Source: an uncultured Chloroflexia bacterium (lineage in GTDB: Bacteria; Chloroflexota; UBA6077; JACCZL01). From it: a DNA stretch of 64,000 nt. Both the position numbers and the translations under genes were made by a program. The DNA lies in NCBI GenBank assembly GCA_963765765.1, contig CAVXYC010000023.1, forward strand, positions 64,001-128,000, in the 5' to 3' direction. Under the pieces are notes generated by a model. It saw nothing but the letters and a program-made list of their open reading frames with translations, made no database searches and was not told the origin of the DNA. Within the stretch, counting starts at the first letter, position 1. Each line of letters begins with the position of its first letter. Positions 9,010-19,180 of this stretch are shown here, one piece after another.

Positions 9010-11396
9010 TCGAGCCAGACGTATTCTCGGTCGAGCCGTGGGCCGTTGTGGAGCCCACCCTGCGACTCGACCTGCTCGCGCAGACCGAGTCGATCTTCGC
9101 CCTGTCCAACGGGCACATCGGAATGCGTGGCAACCTCGACGAAGGGGAGCCGCACGTCATCCCCGGCACCTATTTGAACGGGTTCTTCGAGACACTACCG
9201 CTGCCGTACGCCGAGGGAGGCTACGGGTATCCCACAGAGGGCCAGTCGCTGATCGACGTGACCAACGGCAAGATCCTGCGCCTCCTCGTCAACGACGAGC
9301 CGTTCGACGTTCGCTACGGCACCGTACTGCGCCACGAACGGGAGCTCGATCTACGCGACGGCGTGTTGCGGCGGGTGGTGGAGTGGGTCTCTCCAGCCGG
9401 CCAGGCTGTCCGCGTCCGCTCCACAAGGCTCGTCTCGTTCGTCCAGCGTGCGGTGGCAGCAATCCACTACGAGGTCGAGCCGCTCGGCGAGTCGGTCGGC
9501 GTCGTCGTGCAGTCTGTCCTGGTGGCCAACGAACCGGTACCCCAGCAGACCGACGACCCTCGTGCAGCCGCCGCGCTGAGATCGCCGCTCATCGGGGAGT
9601 ATCACGCGATCCATGACCTCAAGGCTTCGCTCGGTCATCGGACGCGCGTCAGTGGGTTGGGGATGGCAGCCGGGATGGACCACATCATCGAAGGCCCGGC
9701 AGGGACGGTGACCGCGGCAGAGTGCGAGCCGGACTTGGCGCGGGTCACGATCACCACGGAGCTGTCCCCGGGGCAGAAGCTGCAGGTGATCAAACTGCTC
9801 GCCTACGGATGGTCGAGCGAACGCTCCATGCCGGGGTTGCGGGATCAAGTGGACGGAGCGCTCGCGGCGGCTAAGCGAACTGGCTGGGATGGGCTCCTGG
9901 CCGGCCAGCGTGCGTACCTCGGCGACGTGTGGGATCGAGCCGACGTAGAGCTAGACGGTGACCCCGAGCTGCAGCAGGCGGTGCGATTCGCACTCTTCCA
10001 GGTGCTCCAGGCCGCCGCCCGCGCGGAGCAACGTGCGATCCCGGCCAAGGGGTTCACCGGCCGAGGCTACGATGGGCACACCTTCTGGGACATGGAGACC
10101 TACACCTTGCCGGTCCTGACCTACTCCGCGCCGGAAATGGCCCGCGACGCCCTGCGCTGGCGACACTCGACGCTCGACCTGGCACGAGCACGAGCGCGCG
10201 AGCTGCGATTAGCAGGCGCGGCGTTCCCCTGGCGCACGATTCGCGGCGAGGAATGCTCAGGCTACTGGCCGGCCGCTACCGCGGCATTCCACATCAACGC
10301 CGACATTGCCGACGCGGTGCGCCGTTACGTCGCCGCGACCGGCGATACCGAGTTCGATCGCGGGCTTGGCCTGGAGCTACTGGTCGAGACGGCACGCCTC
10401 TGGCTCTCGGTGGGACATCATGATACCGAGGGCTGCTTTCGGATCGACGGCGTGACCGGGCCGGATGAGTACACGGCGATCGCCGACAACAATGTGTTCA
10501 CCAACTTGATGGCGGCTCGCAATCTTCGAGCCGCCGCTGATGTAGTGACCCGGCACCCGCAACGAGCGGCTGAGCTCGCCGTGGACGAACGTGAGGTTGA
10601 CGCGTGGCGGAGGGCAGCCAGCACCATGGTGGTGCCCTTCGACGAAGAGCTGGGCGTAACCTCCCAGTCGGCAGGCTTCACCCGCTACCGCCGCTGGGAC
10701 TTCGAGGCGACCGGAGCCGACGACTACCCGCTGCTCCTCCACTATCCGTACTACCTTCTCTACTCCAGTCAAGTAGTCAAGCAAGCCGACCTCGTCTTGG
10801 CCCTGTACCTCTGCGGCGACCGCTTTACGCTCGAGCAGAAGCGGCGTGACTTCGAGCACTACGAGGCCATCACGGTGCGGGACTCGTCGTTATCCGCATC
10901 TATTCAGGCAATCGTCGCGGCGGAGGTGGGGCACCTGGAGCTCGCTTATGACTACTTCCGTGAGACGGCCTTTATCGATCTGCACGACCTCTCTGGCAAC
11001 ACAGACGATGGTCTGCACCTCGCCTCGCTGGCCGGCGCCTGGCTTGTCGCGGTCGCCGGGTTTGGCGGCATGCGTGACCACGGCGATATTCTTGCGTTCG
11101 CTCCTCGACTGCCCGCGCGGCTCACCAGGCTGTGCTTCCACCTGCTGTACCGCGGTCGACGCCTTCGCATCGAGGTCAGCTCCAATCACACTCAGTACGA
11201 GCTGGTTGCTGGCGAGCCAGTCGACTTGATCCACCACGGCCAGCCGTTCACACTGCTGCTGGCGTCGCCGCAGACTCATGCGAATCCGACACTGCCAGTG
11301 CCACCGGCGGTCAAGCCCCCGCCGTGTCGGGAGCCGGGCCGGCGCGGCGTTGGCGCGAGCGCCAGCAGCGCCCGGATCTCTCCACTGGCAGAGTAG
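9006..11396 (+). CDS. Glycoside hydrolase family 65 (trehalose/maltose/kojibiose phosphorylase-like)
   Basis: GTGA overlap with the HAD stop; [46 protein letters not shown]. Confidence 0.93.
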   Translation: MIEPDVFSVEPWAVVEPTLRLDLLAQTESIFALSNGHIGMRGNLDEGEPHVIPGTYLNGFFETLPLPYAEGGYGYPTEGQSLIDVTNGKILRLLVNDEPFDVRYGTVLRHERELDLRDGVLRRVVEWVSPAGQAVRVRSTRLVSFVQRAVAAIHYEVEPLGESVGVVVQSVLVANEPVPQQTDDPRAAAALRSPLIGEYHAIHDLKASLGHRTRVSGLGMAAGMDHIIEGPAGTVTAAECEPDLARVTITTELSPGQKLQVIKLLAYGWSSERSMPGLRDQVDGALAAAKRTGWDGLLAGQRAYLGDVWDRADVELDGDPELQQAVRFALFQVLQAAARAEQRAIPAKGFTGRGYDGHTFWDMETYTLPVLTYSAPEMARDALRWRHSTLDLARARARELRLAGAAFPWRTIRGEECSGYWPAATAAFHINADIADAVRRYVAATGDTEFDRGLGLELLVETARLWLSVGHHDTEGCFRIDGVTGPDEYTAIADNNVFTNLMAARNLRAAADVVTRHPQRAAELAVDEREVDAWRRAASTMVVPFDEELGVTSQSAGFTRYRRWDFEATGADDYPLLLHYPYYLLYSSQVVKQADLVLALYLCGDRFTLEQKRRDFEHYEAITVRDSSLSASIQAIVAAEVGHLELAYDYFRETAFIDLHDLSGNTDDGLHLASLAGAWLVAVAGFGGMRDHGDILAFAPRLPARLTRLCFHLLYRGRRLRIEVSSNHTQYELVAGEPVDLIHHGQPFTLLLASPQTHANPTLPVPPAVKPPPCREPGRRGVGASASSARISPLAE

Positions 11397-11551
11397 GACC
11401 GCGGGCCTTGCAAGTCCTACTCGGTGCTCGTGCTGTGCCGCTCGCTCGGCGTATTGCTCGGTGCGAAGTTTGGCGTCATGACGGAACCGCCGCGCCCCAC
11501 TGGTGAAAGCCGAGTGCCCGTTAATGCCCGGTGCGGAGCGCTTTTAGTGAT

Positions 11552-13015
11552 CTAGCGGCGGTGGCTTCGCTGCTTGCTCCGGACATAGTCCGTGACGTGG
11601 TCACCGTAGCGATCGGCGAACCAGGGCTGGAGGTGATCATCCGCCCGCCAGACGCCGCGACACTGGGCCGTGCCGCAGGTGCAGTCAAACATTTGCTGCT
11701 GCTCGGTGTACATGGTGGCGTAATCCATGGTGATCTCCTCGCCGACGCCTATCGCACGGCGAGCGCATAGGTCCAGGCCCGTAACCCAGGCGTTGGGATC
11801 ACACGAGTGGTTGATCGGCCTCCACGTATCAGGATCGTCATCCCAGAGCGCATAGATCTCGTCCGTCAGCGGGTAAGCAAAGTCGCGAAAGAACTCTCGA
11901 TAGCGGGGACTCCAGGTGCGCTCGACGCGTGAGCGTGAGACCAGCACGTGCGGACGCTCCTCGAGCTGATAGATGACCTCGCCGGCTGCCAGGTCTCGCG
12001 TGGCGAACATGCCGTGCCCGCGCGTCGGATCTAGACAGACTCGGTAAGGACGCTCCAGGCTTCGTTGCCGGGCAAAGGCGAACTCGATCATCTGCTGGAG
12101 AAACCGCTCCTTGCCTGTACCGTCCAGGATAAGGATGTCGTCCGCGGTGCCGCCGTCCTCATCTGAATAGAAGATGCCGCAGTTGGGGTTGATCTCCAGG
12201 AAATAGGGACGTCCTTCGCGGTCCACTCGGATGTCCGTGCGGGCATAGCCATTTCCGCGTAACGCCAAGAACACTGCTGTCGACATTTCACGCAGCCGGC
12301 CCCCAAGCTCCTCGTCCAGGCACGGTAGCCGAACATGCGCCGCCGGCCATTTCCACTTGTAGTCGAACGACTTGAACGTTATGCCCGGCTCGAACTGGTG
12401 CTCGATGGGTAAGTAGGTGAGCGGCTCCTGCCAGCTCAATGGATTGCTGGCGACGAGCACCGAGAACTCGCGTCCTTCGATGAACTCCTCGATCAGCGCG
12501 CCGCCGAATGTGCCGATCATCTCGGCCGCTTGTTCACGCAACTGGGCGGCGTTCTCCACGCGCGAATGCTCGGTGACTCCCACGCTGGAATACCCCTGCT
12601 CCGGCTTAACGATGCACGGGAAGCGCAGGCAGTCGAGCGCTTGCTCCACCCCGGCCCGGTCTCGTGCGAAGGCGTAAGCCGGAGTGTCGACACCCCAGTA
12701 CGCGCACACCCGCTTCATTGCCTCGCGTGTCGGGTCGTAAAAGACCGAATCGGCGCCAGTGAAGGCGCGCTTGAGTCGTTCCAGCGCCTGGACGACCTCG
12801 ATTCCGGGGGTGTCTTCCTCCCACGAGCCGTCACACAGGTTCACGTAAACGTCCGCTTCCGTCGCTCTCACCTGAGCCACGGCCCGTATCTTCTTGATGA
12901 AGACGTCCTCCACATCGTGTCCTCGCAGCCACGGTCGAAGGTCCACGCGGCTGTCATATGGGAGGTAGTTGGCGGTGCTCCCTTCTCGCGAGGCCTGCAG
13001 CACGGCTACCTTCAT
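11552..13015 (-). CDS. ATP-grasp (D-Ala-D-Ala ligase-like) plus SET-domain methyltransferase fusion
   Basis: ATP-grasp: IVKPEQGYSSVGV, IEEFIEGREFSV, YARTDIR, FLEINPNCG. SET: GHGMFATRD, INHSCDPN, EEITMDY, post-SET CTCGTAQCRG. Confidence 0.88.
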   Translation of the reverse strand: MKVAVLQASREGSTANYLPYDSRVDLRPWLRGHDVEDVFIKKIRAVAQVRATEADVYVNLCDGSWEEDTPGIEVVQALERLKRAFTGADSVFYDPTREAMKRVCAYWGVDTPAYAFARDRAGVEQALDCLRFPCIVKPEQGYSSVGVTEHSRVENAAQLREQAAEMIGTFGGALIEEFIEGREFSVLVASNPLSWQEPLTYLPIEHQFEPGITFKSFDYKWKWPAAHVRLPCLDEELGGRLREMSTAVFLALRGNGYARTDIRVDREGRPYFLEINPNCGIFYSDEDGGTADDILILDGTGKERFLQQMIEFAFARQRSLERPYRVCLDPTRGHGMFATRDLAAGEVIYQLEERPHVLVSRSRVERTWSPRYREFFRDFAYPLTDEIYALWDDDPDTWRPINHSCDPNAWVTGLDLCARRAIGVGEEITMDYATMYTEQQQMFDCTCGTAQCRGVWRADDHLQPWFADRYGDHVTDYVRSKQRSHRR

Positions 13016-15358
13016 CCCCGATGCTCCGTTCGCGGGGCCTCCTGGAGGCTCCCTCGCCCTCTGGGAGAGGGTTGGGGTGAGGGGCTCTCGGTGGGCGATC
13101 TCAGTGGACCCTCACCCCAACCCTCTCCCAGCGGGCGAGGGAGCCTCCAGGCATCTACAAACTGCTCCATCTCAGATCGACGTTTCGCGGCGGTCTGCTC
13201 GAACGTCGTCCGCAGTCGGGGCGCCACTCGCAGGAGATTCTGGAACTGCTGACGGTCAAGTGTGAGCACCTGGCAACGGGAGCGAGCTCGTACCGTCGCG
13301 GTGCGCGGCACCTCCTCCAGGAGCGCGATCTCGCCAAAGTACTCGCCAGCGTCAAGCACGGCCAGAAGTTGCGGTGGACCGGCATCAACGTCCTTCAGCA
13401 CCTCCACCGTTCCACGCGCCAGCAGATAAAAGCGTTGGCCAACCTCACCCTCGACGCATATCGGCTGGTCGGGCTCAAACCACTCGGTGATGAAGCGGTC
13501 CGCGATCGCGATCAGGTCGGCCTCGTCCAGGTCGGCGAACAGGGGAACGCTCCGCAAGCGCTGAGCTTCTACCCGTGCGTGCCGACCGTCTTCACTCGCG
13601 GGGACGAATCCGTCCTGCCGGGCCCACAATCGCGAGTACAACCCGGCCGCCTGAAGCAGATCCTGATGCTGCCCCTCCTCTACGAGACGGCCGCGCTCGA
13701 GCACGAAGATGCAGTCGGAGTCCGTCACCGTGGCCAACCGGTGGGTGGCCGAGACGATCGTGCAGCTTCCGTCCAGGCGGCGGAGCGTTTCGATGATGGC
13801 CGACTCGCTTAGCGGATCGAGCGCCGAGGTGGCCTCATCCAGGAGAAGCATTCGCGGCGATCGGATAAGTGCCCGGGCCAGCGCAAGCCGCTGACGCTGG
13901 CCGCCGGAGAGACGTCCGCCGCGCTCGCCAACCCGCGTGTCGTATCCATCCGGAAGGCCGAGGATGGCCTCATGGAGCTCCGCCGCCCGGGCCGCGCGCT
14001 CGACATCCTCATCACTGGCATCGAGTCGCCCCAACCGAATGTTCTCTCGAACCGACGCGTCGAACAATAGACTCTCCTGGAAGACAATCCCAATTTGCTG
14101 GCGTAATGAATGGATCGTATCGGGTTCCAGCTCCTTGTCGTCCAACAGGATGCGCCCATCGCTGGGCTCATAGAACTGCAGGAGCATGCTCAATAGTGTG
14201 CTCTTCCCCGAGCCACTCGGCCCAACGATGGCGATAGTCTTGAACGCGGGGAGCTCCAGTGAGACGTGGTCCAGAGCCAGCGACCCATCGTCATATTTGT
14301 AGGAGATGTCCTGGAGCTCAATCTGCCGCATCAGAGGCGCCAGCGCAGGCGCCCCGGGCGAAGCTGCAGACTCAGTCGGCTGACCGAGCACGTCGTCCAG
14401 GCGACGTTGGGCCGTGGCTGCCGTCTGGAGGGTTGGCACCGCGTCAGCCAGCGATTGGAACGCGGCGACCATCCACCACAGAAGCTCGAAGAAGGCCACC
14501 AGTGAGCCCACCGAAAGCGTGCCCTGGAGCGCCATCAGCGATCCGACGCTCAGACACACTACCAGCAGCACCGCACCACTCCGCCACAGCGTGGTGACGA
14601 GCAAGCTGCTCAAGAACCCGAATCGCACGCTGCTCAGCCAGTACTGTCTCAGTCCCGGCCTCGAACCGCTCCCGCGATACCTCCCGCAGCCCGAACGCCT
14701 TGACCACGAGCTGCGTGGCCAGGTTCTCCTGGAGGGCGCCAACCAACGTTGCGGCATCCGACTGGCGCTCTATGCTTGCCTGCTCCACCCGCCGACCGAA
14801 AATGCGAGGGCCGATATACACGATGGGCATGAGTGCCAGGCAGAGCAAGGCCAGTCGCCACTCGATCCAGAACAGCACCGCGCCGCCCACGATAATGGTG
14901 GCCACCTGAGGCAGGAGATTGGAGAATACGAGAGTCAGCGCCTGCTCGATCGCTTCGGCGCCCGCCATGCAGCGGGCGAGAATGTCGCCGCCTTCGAAGC
15001 GGGCATACGCCCGCACCTGGAGGTCCTGGAGGTGCTGGAAGACCCGAAGCCGCAGGGCGTTTCCCGCGTCTGCCACGAGGCGCGCAACCAGGTACTGATG
15101 GAGCACGTCACCGAGCCAGGTGAGTACGAGCAAGGCGACGAGGCCGGTAATGAGCGATACGGCGACCGCGCCCTGGCCCGGTATGATCGCTTGATCGATC
15201 AATGCTTGCAGGATCAGCGGATAGACCGCGGTGTACGCCACCGCTGGGGCCATGGCTAGCAGGACCACCAGGATATGACGCCAATACGGTGCCACGAGCC
15301 GGACACAGAACCGCGCGAAGCCGCCCATTCCCGTGCTCTCGCGCTGGGCCTCGCTCAT
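13012..15358 (-). CDS. ABC exporter (TMD + NBD) with C-terminal cyclic-nucleotide-binding domain (frameshift at about 14655)
   Basis: Hydrophobic TMD in ORF 14444-15550; GPSGSGKST, LSGGQRQR, LLLDEATSALD; cNMP motif GEYFGEIALL..PRTATVRA; stop overlaps the next ATG (ATGA). Confidence 0.88.
13041..13151. repeat. Palindromic repeat copy 2 (43-bp arms, 1 mismatch, 25-bp loop) inside the ABC exporter CDS
   Basis: 13041-13083 is the reverse complement of 13109-13151; same core as 2254-2366. Confidence 0.9.
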
Positions 15359-15668
15359 GGCTACAGTCTCATTCACACCGAATACGGTCGCGTTGTCCTG
15401 CGCCACGCTACCGAATCGCCGCTCGGGTGTCAAACTCAGGCCGGGCCGGCCAAGACAGCCGCGGCTGTTGGTCTCTGAACAATGGATGGTCCGCCTCGCC
15501 GCCCCCGAGCTCAGTGCATCACGCCAGCCATAGGAACTGAGATGCGTCACACGACAGACCTGAGCGGCTCAGGCAGCGATTCTCAGCAGAATGAGTTTGC
15601 GGACCTTATGATCTCATAGACGCCAGCGCGCTACAGGTAGGCCGGTGGCGCCTGGAGGTATGGAGCTT

Positions 15669-15720
15669 AGTAGGCGTGAGTAAGCGGACCGACTGAGCAG
15701 TCGACCCGCTTCAACCTACT
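15669..15720. repeat. REP-like or terminator-like imperfect hairpin
   Basis: agtagg..aagcgg..gactg/cagtc..ccgctt..cctact nested inverted repeat downstream of the holin-like gene. Confidence 0.4.
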
Positions 15721-15754
15721 CGGCAATCCCGGTGCTACGAGTCGCGGCGGACGG

Positions 15755-16126
15755 TCAATCAGTGAGCTTCTTGATCGTCTGGATTGTCTGCTCGGGTGCG
15801 AGCTCGGTCTGCTTCATGCCTTCCAGGCCCTTCCGCGCCAGGAAAGCGCCGCCGCCGGTAAAGAGCAGGCCGACGACAAAAGCCGCGAACCAGCGGGGAA
15901 AGATCGACTCCAGTATTCGTACCATCGCGGCCATGATTGCGAGCGCTCCGGCGTAGGCCATCGCCGTTCCGCCCGCCACGAAACCGGCATCTTTGCCAAT
16001 CCTGAATGCCTTGCCCGACATTTCGGTCGTTGCGAGATCGACTTCGGCGCGTGCCAGTGTGCCGATATTGCGGAAGAGTCCGCTTAACACCTCGCGCATC
16101 GAGTCATTTCGTCCACCGTTCTGCAT
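15755..16126 (-). CDS. YqjE/holin-X-like (phage_holin_3_6) membrane protein
   Basis: TLARAEVDLA..EM, two TM helices, C-terminal APEQTIQTIK. Confidence 0.75.
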   Translation of the reverse strand: MQNGGRNDSMREVLSGLFRNIGTLARAEVDLATTEMSGKAFRIGKDAGFVAGGTAMAYAGALAIMAAMVRILESIFPRWFAAFVVGLLFTGGGAFLARKGLEGMKQTELAPEQTIQTIKKLTD

Positions 16127-16364
16127 CCATTGCTCCAGCTGAGAGATTCGCCGTTCGGGTTGCGCCTGGTGGACTGCTTTCACGGGAAGTCACCGGCCCA
16201 ATAGAACCTGCCGGTCTCAGGAAATATGCCCGTATGAACAGCCGTGCAGAGTCGTACCGGACGCCGCGCCCCCAGGTCAGCACGGCCCGTGCCAGGACGG
16301 ACGATTGAAGGCCAAAGCCTAGTCGATGGTGTGGGGATTCGGATTGGGAGGAAGAGCCTGGAGC

Positions 16365-17972
16365 TCAACACACTGCCTCATTCCTTTCCGCAGCGGGTCC
16401 TGAATCAGCTGTCATGCTGCGGAGAATGGGCTCCATCACTCGATTCGCCACACCCGCTATGGGCCCGCTCGTGTCCACCACAACGTGGTTTCCCTCCGAA
16501 GGAAGGATCGGCTCGTATCGGGACCGCTGCGCCATGTAGATGTTCGTGTCCGCGTCCGAAGCACCCTCACCGCTGGCCTGTCGGTCGACTATCCGCCGTA
16601 GCGCCACGGCCTCTGGAAGTTGGCACTCCACGATCCAGCATGGGCAACCACGCACGCGTGCCAGGTCAATCATGGACGCACGCTCGTCTTGAGTCCAGTA
16701 GGTGGCATCCACCACCGCCGATTGACCAGCCGCCAAGGACTCCGCGCTCAGCTCGCGCAGCCTGGCATACGTCCGTCGACTCATTTCAACGCTGTACAGG
16801 CCTGTGTCAAGCTCGTCATGTGTCCGGTGCGTCGCCTCGAGCTCTGCGAGATTCTTTCGGACGCGATCGGACGAGTACACGACCGCTCCCAAGCGCATCG
16901 CCAACGAGCGGGCGACCGTCGTCTTGCCGGTACCCGGCAGACCGACAACGAGTACCAACAGGGGCCGGTCAGAAACACGCGCGTACGTCCAGGCGAGCCG
17001 AAGGTAGTGCCGAGCCCGCCGCTGCGCTGACCGGTGGATCCGCTCATCCTCCACCGCCTGCTCGAGCCGAAAGCTCTGAACCTTCCCTCGCACAAAGGCG
17101 CGATAGGAGGCGTAGAACAGGAGTAGCTTCCGGAGCGAGGTGTCGTGGCTCGCTTCGATATAGCGGTCAACGAGCCAGTACGCCAGATCGGGCCTCCCAC
17201 GGGCATCCATGTCCATCGCCAGAAACGCGACTTCGGATGCCGTGTCGCCGCTTCGCAAGCGAGTGCTGAATTCAATGCAGTCGAAGATGCACAGTCCATC
17301 AGTCACGCAGATACTCTCGGCACGCATGTCACCGTGACAGTCGCGAATACAGCCGTCAACCTGCCGTTGCCTGAAAGTGTCAGCGTTTCGATTCAGAAAC
17401 GTATTGACGTAGTGCCGTAGTGCATCGAGTCGACTCGCGGAGATGGTGCGACTGATGTAGGGTGCGATCTGATCGAAATTCTCCTCCCAGTTAGCTTGAA
17501 CAGTTTGAATGGATCCGTATTGGTCCACTTCAGGACCGCTCTCCGCGCTGGCGTGGAATGCCGCGATGCGACGCGCCACGCGGTCAATGATCTCCTCACC
17601 CACTTGACCGCGCCGGAGCAGGGCATCAAGCATGCGACGCGCCGGCAGCCGTCGCATCTCCACCGCATACTCCACCGCGGGGCCCGGCCCTCCGATTCGA
17701 AGGCCACCGGGCGTCGCGACAATCTGGACGACGCCGACGTAGGCATCCGCACACAGGCGACGGTTCAGCCGCACCTCCTCCTCGCAAAAGTGTTTGCGTC
17801 GGCCCAGTGTCGAATAGTCAAGAAATCCGAAGTCAACGGGTTTCTTGACCTTGTACACGCGGTCATCTGCCAGAAAGACCCAGGAGATATGCGTTTCTAC
17901 GAGCCGTACCCGGCGCGGCGTGTGGGGATAGGATGCGCGATCAAGGAGTAATTCGGGGGCAAACTCGGTCAT
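16365..17972 (-). CDS. Bifunctional APH/kinase-like plus AAA_33 P-loop protein (Rv2004c-like)
   Basis: ETHISWVFL, YKVKKPVDFGFLDYS, RDCHGDM, FDCIEF, GLPGTGKT, SSDRVRK. Confidence 0.9.
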   Translation of the reverse strand: MTEFAPELLLDRASYPHTPRRVRLVETHISWVFLADDRVYKVKKPVDFGFLDYSTLGRRKHFCEEEVRLNRRLCADAYVGVVQIVATPGGLRIGGPGPAVEYAVEMRRLPARRMLDALLRRGQVGEEIIDRVARRIAAFHASAESGPEVDQYGSIQTVQANWEENFDQIAPYISRTISASRLDALRHYVNTFLNRNADTFRQRQVDGCIRDCHGDMRAESICVTDGLCIFDCIEFSTRLRSGDTASEVAFLAMDMDARGRPDLAYWLVDRYIEASHDTSLRKLLLFYASYRAFVRGKVQSFRLEQAVEDERIHRSAQRRARHYLRLAWTYARVSDRPLLVLVVGLPGTGKTTVARSLAMRLGAVVYSSDRVRKNLAELEATHRTHDELDTGLYSVEMSRRTYARLRELSAESLAAGQSAVVDATYWTQDERASMIDLARVRGCPCWIVECQLPEAVALRRIVDRQASGEGASDADTNIYMAQRSRYEPILPSEGNHVVVDTSGPIAGVANRVMEPILRSMTADSGPAAERNEAVC

Positions 17973-18492
17973 GGATCACTCAGAATCTTCGGCATGCGAT
18001 CGTTTCATCGTGAACGATCGCTGACGGCCGGAAAGGCTGGATCTGCTTCTGGACGTGTTCTGAGGATTCGCAGGACATCGGTTTCAGGCTGCGTCCAGTA
18101 CGTCGCTCGCGATTCCGTCTGGTGCGGAGCGGGAGTGCTCGCGGCCACATCCCCGCCCTGTCGTGGCATCAGTTCCATGGTTCGAGTGCCAGCATAGCGC
18201 TGCCTCGCCGTCTTCGCCCGACTCGATGTGATAGCAATCGGATTGACGATGTGGAGGGTCGCCGATATTGAGCGCGAATCCACCTACTAATCTCTCATCG
18301 CTTGGGGAGTGTGCCCGATTCGGTTTCCGCCTCGATGGGCGCCACGAGTCCATCACAGTTGCGACACTACCCGATTTCTCCCCTATTGCGCGGGACCGTC
18401 CGCACAGTCTGCAGCAATAGGCTTATCTTTGACCTACTGGCACCGCGACTCCGGCACGGGCCGCGGCCGCGGGTCAGATTTGGAGGTACACC

Positions 18493-19160
18493 GTGCAAGC
18501 GAACACCGACCCGCCGGCCTCAGTCCCACAAGTACCCCAGCCCTCCGACTATCCGATCGACCTTGAAATCGATTACCCCGACAGGGAGTTGAATCGCCTC
18601 TCAACATTCTTCCGGACGCTCACCGTAATCCCTATCGCCATCGTGCTGGGGCTGCTCAGCGGCGAATCGATCCGCCAGGGCGATGGGCAGGTGACCTACC
18701 AGCTTGCTGCGCCAGGCGTCCTGGTGCTCCCGGTGATGGTCATGTTGCTCTTCCGACAGAAGTACCCTCGCTGGTGGTACGAGTGGAACGTGGCGTTCTC
18801 GGCATTCAGCTACCGAGTCGCGAGCTACATGGCACTTCTGCGCGATGAGTACCCGGCCACGGACGAGGAGCAGGCGGTACATCTGACCATTCCGTATCCG
18901 GATGCTCGGGACGGCCTGAACCGCTGGATGCCCTCGTGAAATGGCTCCTTGCGATCCCGCACTTTGTTGCGCTGGCCTTCCTGGCGCTCGCGGCCGTCAT
19001 CTGCGTCATCATCGCCTGGTTCGCCATCCTATTTACCGGCCGTTACCCACGCCCGCTCTTCGACTTCGTCGTCGGAGTGTTGCGGTGGTCGCTGCGGGTG
19101 AGTGCGTACACCCTGATGCTAGTGACGGACCGCTACCCGCCGTTCCGTCTCCGGCCTTGA
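18493..19160 (+). CDS. DUF4389 membrane protein (two repeats; frameshift at about 18935)
   Basis: LFRQKYPRWW…LLRDEYP and ILFTGRYPRPLFDF…LVTDRYPPF. Confidence 0.8.
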
Positions 19161-19180
19161 CCGATTGAAGGAGAGCCCAC

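Noticed and set aside
8223-11396. Apparent 1057-aa HAD-GH65 fusion ORF
   Set aside because: HAD motifs are spread over three frames, and the HAD C-terminal frame stops at 9009 overlapping a GTG at 9006; the fusion is a frameshift artefact.
15360-15750. RiPP precursor peptide upstream of the ABC exporter/ATP-grasp-SET pair
   Set aside because: No short same-strand ORF with a good RBS and leader/core pattern was found, and the exporter has no C39 peptidase domain.
15755-16126. Holin-family gene as a sign of a prophage
   Set aside because: This family is usually chromosomal, and no phage structural, lysis or integrase genes are nearby.
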